Shown: positions 57,825 to 64,000 of the stretch, in pieces | Numbering within the stretch: position 1 is the first letter of the stretch | Layout: each line of letters starts with the position of its first letter | DNA from: Chloroflexota bacterium | GTDB lineage: Bacteria > Chloroflexota > UBA11872 | Direction: 5' to 3' | Assembly: GCA_022821905.1 (NCBI GenBank) | Contig: JAJECS010000024.1 | Coordinates: forward strand, 169,182 to 233,181 | DNA: 64,000 nt | Translations under genes and position numbers: made by a program | The notes under the pieces: model-generated | What the model was told of the DNA's origin: nothing | Database searches by the model: none | Seen by the model: only the letters and a program-made list of their open reading frames with translations

Positions 57825-58631
57825 TCAAGCACTAGACGACGGAACTCGCGCGTGTAGAAACTCGAAACTCGACCGCAGACAGTCGAAGGGGTCGCGCAAG
57901 CACTGGTCCTGCTCGACGATCCACGCCTCGGTCCCGGCGGCATGGCTGGCGGCCAGGATGCGCTCCCAGTCCAGGTTGCCCTCGCCGACCGGCGCGTAGA
58001 ACGGACGCGCGCCGGCCTCGTCGTCGCGGACCATCTCCAGGTCCTTGCAGTGCAGCAGCGGCACGCGCCCCGGGAGACTCTCGATCAGTCCCGCCGGGTC
58101 CACGCCGGCAAACGCCGCCCAATAGACGTCGATCTCGATCGCCAGGCTTGGTTCGTCGATCAGCAGGTCGAACATTGTCCGGCGGTCGGGGCCGAAGCGC
58201 AGGAACTCGTGCGCGTGGTTGTGATAGCCCAAGCGCATGCCGTGTTCGCCGAGGATCTGCGTCACCATCGCCGCCTCGCCGGCGAACGCCGCGTAGCCGG
58301 CGGGCTCGAACCGGTCGAACTCATCGACGAAGGCGGGAATGCTGATGATCGAGCAGTCGAGCTCTCGCAGCCGATCGACCACCGCCGTCGTGTCGTCCCG
58401 GATCTCGCGCCAACGCGCGTGGGCGCCGACGCAGATCAACCCGGCGTCGTCCAGCATGCGCTTGGTCTCGCGTGCGGGAATCGCCGGCTCGGGGCCTTCC
58501 AGCAGCGGCACGCCGGCTGCCTCGACGCCGCGATAGCCGATGTCCCGCAGCCGCCGCAGACCATCCGCGAGGGCCGCTGGCGAGGTCGCCTCGTGCCTGA
58601 TCGTGTAGAGCGCCGCCGCCAGAGTCACCAT
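57825..58631 (-). CDS. Sugar phosphate isomerase/epimerase TIM barrel
   Basis: LYTIR, GYHNHAHEF, EIDVYW, LHCKD, VGEG, VEQD. TGATG coupling with the upstream gene. Confidence 0.9.
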   Translation of the reverse strand: MVTLAAALYTIRHEATSPAALADGLRRLRDIGYRGVEAAGVPLLEGPEPAIPARETKRMLDDAGLICVGAHARWREIRDDTTAVVDRLRELDCSIISIPAFVDEFDRFEPAGYAAFAGEAAMVTQILGEHGMRLGYHNHAHEFLRFGPDRRTMFDLLIDEPSLAIEIDVYWAAFAGVDPAGLIESLPGRVPLLHCKDLEMVRDDEAGARPFYAPVGEGNLDWERILAASHAAGTEAWIVEQDQCLRDPFDCLRSSFEFLHARVPSSSA

Positions 58632-59602
58632 CAGGCCCAGTACGCGTCGCTGGTGGGCTGCTCGATGATGATCTCGCGCAGGAACCGCACCGCTTTCTCC
58701 AGGCCCTCCCGCGGCGACATCAGCGCGTCCTCGTGCTCGATGCTCAGCGGGCCGTCGTAGTTCACCGTGCGCAGCGCCGTGACGATATCGCGCCACACCT
58801 CGGCCCCGTGGCCATAGCCGACCGTGCGGAAAATCCAGGCGCGCTCCGCCGTGTCGGCCAGGGACCTGGTGTCGAGCACGCCGTGCTTCCGCGCGACGGT
58901 GGGCTCGATGCGGGTGTCCTTGGCGTGAAAGTGATGCAGCGCGCCGGCGCGTCCAATGTCGAGAATCGCCTCCGGCACGTCGATGCCCTGCCAGAATAGG
59001 TGGCTCGGGTCCAGGTTGGCGCCGATCTCCGGTCCGACGGCGTCGCGCAGCCGCATCAGCGTCTCGGTGTTGTAGACCACGAAGCCCGGGTGCATCTCCA
59101 GCGCAATCTTGTGGATGCCGTGGTCGCGGGCGAACGCGGCGGACTCGCGCCAGTAGGGAATCACCCTGGACTCCCACTGCCATTCCAGGATCGCCGGATA
59201 GTCGGGCGGCCAGGCGTTGGTGACCCAGTTGGGATACTTCGCGCCCTCGTGGTCGCCGGGACACCCCGAGAAGCCCACGACGGTCTCGACTCCCAGCTTC
59301 TCGGCCAGCCGGATCGCGTCGCGTTCCTCGGCGATGTGGCGTTCGGCAAGCTCGGCGTTGGGGTGGAGCGGATTGCCGTGCATGGCCAGCGCGCTGAGAT
59401 TGAGCCCGCGCGAGGTGATGGCTTCCTGGAACTCCGCGCGCTTGTCATCGTCGGCCAGCAGCTCTGCTGGGTTGCAGTGCTCGTTGCCGGGATAGGCGCC
59501 GCAGCCGATTTCCAGGTCCTGCACGCCGATCGAGGCCAGGTAGTCCAACGCGTCCGGCAACGGCAGGTCGCGCAGCAGCACCGTCACCACGCCGATTCTC
59601 AT
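58631..59602 (-). CDS. Sugar phosphate isomerase/epimerase TIM barrel
   Basis: HGNPLHP, ALEMHPG, NLDPSHLFWQG, HFHAKD, FRTVGYGH, SIEHED. Confidence 0.92.
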   Translation of the reverse strand: MRIGVVTVLLRDLPLPDALDYLASIGVQDLEIGCGAYPGNEHCNPAELLADDDKRAEFQEAITSRGLNLSALAMHGNPLHPNAELAERHIAEERDAIRLAEKLGVETVVGFSGCPGDHEGAKYPNWVTNAWPPDYPAILEWQWESRVIPYWRESAAFARDHGIHKIALEMHPGFVVYNTETLMRLRDAVGPEIGANLDPSHLFWQGIDVPEAILDIGRAGALHHFHAKDTRIEPTVARKHGVLDTRSLADTAERAWIFRTVGYGHGAEVWRDIVTALRTVNYDGPLSIEHEDALMSPREGLEKAVRFLREIIIEQPTSDAYWA

Positions 59603-60807
59603 GGGGCGTACTCAATCTCGATGGGTGCCCCGCCGTCTGCGGCGGACTTGGTGATGGCTTCGAGAATCACGTCGCAGCGCCAGCCATCCTCGAACGTCGC
59701 ACCATAGGGCGCCACGTCGGAGTCGTTGACGACGGCGTCGAGCAGGTGATGGATTTCATGCACGAAGGTGTGCTCCCAGCCGATGATATGGCCCACGGGC
59801 CACCACCACTCGATGAACGGGTCCTCGGGCTCGGTGATCAGCTCGCTGCGGAATCCCGCCTGGGAGTTCGACGCCGGGTCCGGTCGCCAGTGGACCTCCA
59901 ACTCGTTGAGGCGTTCCAGATTGAACCGGATCGACCCCTTCGAGCCGTTGATCTCGAACATGTTGGCGTTGCGGTTCCCCACGGCGAACCGGCTCGCCTC
60001 CAGGGTCCCGATGGCGCCGTTGTCGAACTCCAGCAGCGCGACGAAGGCGTCGTCGACGTCCACCGGTCCGCGCTCGGCGGGATTCTCCGGCAGCGGTCGC
60101 TCCGACACGAACGTCTTGAGCCGGCCGTTGACCACGATCGGCTCGCCGATCAGGAAACGCGCCAGGTCCACGATGTGCGAGCCCAGATCGCCCAGCACGC
60201 CGCTGCCCGACAGCGCCTTCTGCAATCGCCAGACTCGCGGGAACTCCGGGTCCGCCAGCCAGTCCTGGAGGTAGCGCGCGCGAAAGTGATGAATTTGGCC
60301 CAGCGCCCCTTGCTCCAGCAGGTGCCGCGCCTTGCGCACCGCCGGGACGAAGCGATAGTTGAAGGCCGCCATGTGCTTCCCGTCAGCGCGCCGGGCAGCC
60401 TCCAGCATCCGGCGGGACTCCGCCGCGCTGCGTCCCAGCGGCTTCTCGCAGAGCACATGCTTTCCAGCCTCCAGGGCCGCGATGCTGACCTCGGCGTGGA
60501 TATTGTTGGGCCCGCAGTTGTCGATGAGGTCGATCGCCGGATCGGCGACCATCTCTCGCCAGTCGGCATAGGAGCATTCGAAGCCATAGCGACTCGCCGC
60601 GGCCTCGGCGTCCGCGAGCAAACGCGCGGCGACGCCTCTCAGCCTGGGCCGCGCCGGCGGCGGATAGGCCATATAGGGCAGCGTGCGCCAGGCGTTCACA
60701 TGCGCCTGGCACATGAAGCCGGTGCCCACCACGCCGACGCCGATGTCGGGGATGCCGCTGAGATCGGTGCCGTCCGCCGCAGCCACCAAGCCCGCTTCGC
60801 CGCTCAT
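59599..60807 (-). CDS. Gfo/Idh/MocA oxidoreductase, levoglucosan-dehydrogenase-related clade
   Basis: GTGFMCQAH, CEKP, AFNYRFVPAV, YLQDW, GSGVLGDLGSH, WWPVGHIIGWEHT. Confidence 0.9.
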   Translation of the reverse strand: MSGEAGLVAAADGTDLSGIPDIGVGVVGTGFMCQAHVNAWRTLPYMAYPPPARPRLRGVAARLLADAEAAASRYGFECSYADWREMVADPAIDLIDNCGPNNIHAEVSIAALEAGKHVLCEKPLGRSAAESRRMLEAARRADGKHMAAFNYRFVPAVRKARHLLEQGALGQIHHFRARYLQDWLADPEFPRVWRLQKALSGSGVLGDLGSHIVDLARFLIGEPIVVNGRLKTFVSERPLPENPAERGPVDVDDAFVALLEFDNGAIGTLEASRFAVGNRNANMFEINGSKGSIRFNLERLNELEVHWRPDPASNSQAGFRSELITEPEDPFIEWWWPVGHIIGWEHTFVHEIHHLLDAVVNDSDVAPYGATFEDGWRCDVILEAITKSAADGGAPIEIEYAP

Positions 60808-61029
60808 GGATTCGAATCTCGACCGCCCGATAGCCGCACTCTAGCGGAACGCAGCCGCGCCCGTATTGCTATGCAGTCTCAGGCACGAATCAATGGCAGC
60901 CACCCGCCGGATGGATCGTTGATGCGTTCGGCGCCTGATGTCCCGCTGATCGAGCCTGTTGGGACATCGTGCTATAAACCCGCGGCGCTTCGGCTAGGCG
61001 CTCTTTCCCCCGGTGGACCCTTGAAGTCA

Positions 61030-62262
61030 ATGTCCTTCAAGCCGCTCGCCTTGCTCGCCTTGACGGCGCTGCTGCTGGTTGCGTGCGGCGAGCAGGCGAC
61101 GCCGGCCCCTGGCGCCGAGCCCGCATCGACGGCTGACGTGGGCACAGACTCATCGACTCAGACCGGCGCCTCGCAGCAACCCTTCGTGATCGGCGCGTTG
61201 GACTCGCTGACCGGCGTCGGCGAGTCCTATGGCATTCCCTTCTCCCGCTCCAAGCTGCTGGCGGTGGAGGAGATCAACGCCGCCGGCGGCATCAACGGAC
61301 GCATGCTCAGGCTGATCGTGGAGGACTCCAAGTGCACCTCGGCGGACGCCATCACCGCTTACCAGCGGCTGACGGACGTGGAGGGCGTCAAGATCATCCT
61401 GGGCGCCACGTGCAGCGGCGCCACGCTGGGCGTCGCGCCTTTGGCGGAGCAGGAGGGCGTGATCCTCTTCTCGCCATCCTCCACCAGCCCCGACATCAGC
61501 GACGCCGGCGACTACATCTTTCGCACCGCCATCAACTCGCTGAAGGTCGGCGCCGACATCGGCAACACGCTGTGGGCCGACGGGATGCGCACCATCGGCA
61601 CGATCACCGAGGCCACCGACTACGCCGAAGGCGCACGCCGCTCCGCGGTCACGCAATTCGAGAAGCGGGGCGGCGTCGTGGTCGCGGCGGAAAGCTATCC
61701 CACCGAAGCCATCGACTTCCGCACCCAGTTGACGAAGCTGCTCAATGCAAGTCCCGACGCCATCCTGGTCGCCGCGCAGGGCGAGGTGTCCGGCGGCACC
61801 ATCATCAAGCAGGTGCGGGAGCTGGGCTACGACGGTCCCATCTACTCGGAGGTGGTTCCCACGGGGTCAAACGCCCTCGACATCGCCGGCGAGGCCGCCA
61901 CCGGCCTGAAAGCCGTCGTGCCCAATCCCGACCTGGAAACCGAAATCGGCAAGGAATTCCTGGCCAGCTTCAATGCCCGCTACGGCCTCGCCCCCTGGCC
62001 CTGGTTCCAGGGCTCCGCCTACGACGGCGTCTACATCGCCGCCGAGTGTCTGCGGCAGACCAATGACGACCAGGATGCCGACGGCTTCCGGGACTGCCTC
62101 TATGACCTGACCTGGAGCGGGGCCATCGGCGATGACTACAGCTTCGACGCCAACGGCGACGTCGTCGGCGTGTCCCACGTCGTCATCGAGGTCCTGCCGG
62201 TGGCCGAGCGCACGGAGGAAAATCTGGGCTTCCGCATATTGGGACCGCCGGACGTTCCGTAA
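61030..62262 (+). CDS. Branched-chain amino acid (Liv-type) ABC substrate-binding lipoprotein
   Basis: Lipobox LVAC, AVEEINAAGGINGR, EDSKC, ILGATCS, YIFR. Confidence 0.9.
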   Translation: MSFKPLALLALTALLLVACGEQATPAPGAEPASTADVGTDSSTQTGASQQPFVIGALDSLTGVGESYGIPFSRSKLLAVEEINAAGGINGRMLRLIVEDSKCTSADAITAYQRLTDVEGVKIILGATCSGATLGVAPLAEQEGVILFSPSSTSPDISDAGDYIFRTAINSLKVGADIGNTLWADGMRTIGTITEATDYAEGARRSAVTQFEKRGGVVVAAESYPTEAIDFRTQLTKLLNASPDAILVAAQGEVSGGTIIKQVRELGYDGPIYSEVVPTGSNALDIAGEAATGLKAVVPNPDLETEIGKEFLASFNARYGLAPWPWFQGSAYDGVYIAAECLRQTNDDQDADGFRDCLYDLTWSGAIGDDYSFDANGDVVGVSHVVIEVLPVAERTEENLGFRILGPPDVP

Positions 62263-62336
62263 TTTCTCTTTGCTCGGTTAGCGACGCCGAGTGGAACCGG
62301 CGCCACCTGCCGCAGGATGGATTGACTGCTCGGCGA

Positions 62337-62843
62337 CTATTCCCCAGCAGGCGGAAACGGGTCTCGCTCACTGAGCAATGCCTGTGACTCGCGGATGGAA
62401 AAGTCCATCCTTACTTTGTTTCCCCACAGGCTCTTGACATACGTCAGCACTGAGATGATTTCTTCGCGGTTAAGGCGGTCCTCAAATGCGGGCATGCCGC
62501 TCTTGAAGCTCGGGTCGCTGGGGCTTTCGAACTGGGCTCCGCCCTGGCTGACGATTCGGTAGAGGAGGCCGTCCGGGTGGTGCCAGGTGTGGCCGTCGCC
62601 ATTGAGCGGCGGGGCAGGTAGGGTGCCGTCGTCGTTGGCAATGTGCCAGTTGGGTTGGCCTTCGCCCACGGCCCCGTGACAGACGGCGCAGTTTGCCGCG
62701 AAGATCTCTTGACCCGTGGGAGGCGCCGGCACCGCGACGACGGCGGCGGTTGCAGTTCCGCGATCGTCGGGCCCGCAGGCAACGAGCAGGGCCGCGACAA
62801 GAGCGCATACGGCGTCGAGAGGCACCCGGCGCTTCACGGACAT
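62337..62843 (-). CDS. Monoheme cytochrome c lipoprotein
   Basis: Lipobox LVAC, CAVCH, PAPPL.G.GHTWHH, MPAF. Confidence 0.88.
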   Translation of the reverse strand: MSVKRRVPLDAVCALVAALLVACGPDDRGTATAAVVAVPAPPTGQEIFAANCAVCHGAVGEGQPNWHIANDDGTLPAPPLNGDGHTWHHPDGLLYRIVSQGGAQFESPSDPSFKSGMPAFEDRLNREEIISVLTYVKSLWGNKVRMDFSIRESQALLSERDPFPPAGE

Positions 62844-62947
62844 GGCGAACGAGCGCAGGCCGCGCGCCGTCGGAAAGGGCCTCCTCCGACAGGCTCTAGC
62901 TCGCCGCATCGAACCCGATTTCCTGGAAACCGCCGGTGCGCCTCGGC

Positions 62948-63409
62948 TCAGCACACCGTGCCGAAGTCATCGCCTTCGAATATGCCGTTCTGGCGCTGCA
63001 GCTCACGGATATAGCAGATGATCTGCTCGACCCCGTCCGCCGTGACCGTCGCGACCGGAGGCATGTCGCCGAACGTCCAGTGGTGTTGCCGCACTCCTTG
63101 AGCTGCCGCTCGGCGGAAGCTGAAATCCGAATGATGGCCCGGATGGTAAATCCGGTCGATTAGCGTCGGACCCTGCGTGGTGCCCGCGGCCTTCGCGCCG
63201 TGGCAGAGCGCGCAGTTGGCGTCGAAGAGCTTCTCGCCCGCGAGGGCTGTCTCCGAAAAGGCCGGTCGCGTCACGGCGACCGCCACGGCGTCGGCGGCTT
63301 CGGTAGTGGCGGGAGTCGATTCCCCGGTCGGACTTTGCGGCTCTGCAGGATCGCCGCACCCAACAACCACGAGCAGCACGACAGCCGCGACGAAACCGGA
63401 GACAGCCAT
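62948..63409 (-). CDS. Monoheme cytochrome c lipoprotein
   Basis: VVGC lipobox, CALCH, GPTL, HHWTFGDMPP. Confidence 0.88.
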   Translation of the reverse strand: MAVSGFVAAVVLLVVVGCGDPAEPQSPTGESTPATTEAADAVAVAVTRPAFSETALAGEKLFDANCALCHGAKAAGTTQGPTLIDRIYHPGHHSDFSFRRAAAQGVRQHHWTFGDMPPVATVTADGVEQIICYIRELQRQNGIFEGDDFGTVC

Positions 63410-63727
63410 CCGGCTTCCACGGCCCCCGATCATCGCCACCGCCATGCTGAGCGTCGCAAAGTCGCCGACAGCCGGCGCCACGCGGAGAAGCCCGAAGGAC
63501 GAATTCCTGATCATGCGGCGTTAGTGCGCAGCCAAAACTCACACATTTCTTGAGACTACCATCTCCTATGGCATCGACACAATAGCCATCTGCTAGCATT
63601 TCCTACATACTGCGCCCTGTTATAAATTTATCTTTATATTCATTCGTTCCACCGAATTGTGTCTATCCGATTTGACCTGTTAGTGTGTGCCCGCGCCATG
63701 CTGGGAACATGCGCAGTGGAAAGGGCG

Positions 63728-64000
63728 ATGAAAACCGTGAATTCAAGCATGCTGCTGGGAAGCAAGGGCGCGGGCCTCGCCCTGATGGTGGGCGTCATCC
63801 TGGCGATCGTGGCTTCCCTGTTTTATCCCGGTGGGCCGTTCATCAACCCGGTGGACCAGTTGGACTTTGCCGCGGCGGTCGCCGCCTTGGGCGAGCAGCC
63901 CAACCTAGCGCACCTGATGACCATGCTGGTGATCATCGGCATGCTGCTCCACATCTACGGCATTTGCGCCCTGCTCCGCCTGGGCAAGGGTGAGCGATGC
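63728..64000 (+). CDS. Membrane protein, partial (runs off the right edge of the window)
   Basis: MKTVNSSMLLGSKGAGLALMVGVILAIVASLFYPGG...LMTMLVIIGMLLHIYG, open to the window end. Confidence 0.7.
   Translation, partial: MKTVNSSMLLGSKGAGLALMVGVILAIVASLFYPGGPFINPVDQLDFAAAVAALGEQPNLAHLMTMLVIIGMLLHIYGICALLRLGKGERC

Noticed and set aside
62948-62953. Cys-TGA at the end of the cytochrome c (also at the end of the 39-aa peptide) as a possible CU motif
   Set aside because: The domain is complete before the stop, and the read-through sequence looks non-coding.

Overview
High-GC bacterial DNA with about 50 real CDS. Most ORFs in the supplied track are antisense or off-frame shadows. The gene content suggests a sponge-associated or marine Chloroflexota-type organism (inference only). 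The window is dominated by paralog-expanded, apparently cytoplasmic catabolic genes: 7 Gfo/Idh/MocA oxidoreductases, 6 BNR/sialidase-fold proteins (4 in tandem), 4 divergent DHDPS/NAL-type aldolases (3 in tandem), 3 sugar-phosphate isomerase TIM barrels and 2 tandem GHL10-like proteins. Single genes include a GH78 rhamnosidase, a sulfatase, an SGNH esterase, orphan OppBC permeases and an MFS transporter. The clearest hidden signal is at 42460-43491: two ORFs in the track form one DUF3179 protein read through an in-frame TGA in a W-U-P-L-C (UxxC) motif. A SECIS-like hairpin follows, which indicates a selenoprotein. It lies directly behind a Lon-like protease that keeps its Ser/Lys dyad but has a degenerate Walker B, and the pair is divergent from a rhodanese plus MoeB pair. 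Other hidden items are an apparent ATC start codon (34087), an unlisted 39-aa membrane peptide, a levoglucosan/3-keto-glycoside-like four-gene set and several families of short palindromic repeats, one of them nested. I saw no rRNA, tRNA, CRISPR array, transposase or conventional transcription factor. All family assignments come from motif recognition by eye, not database searches.
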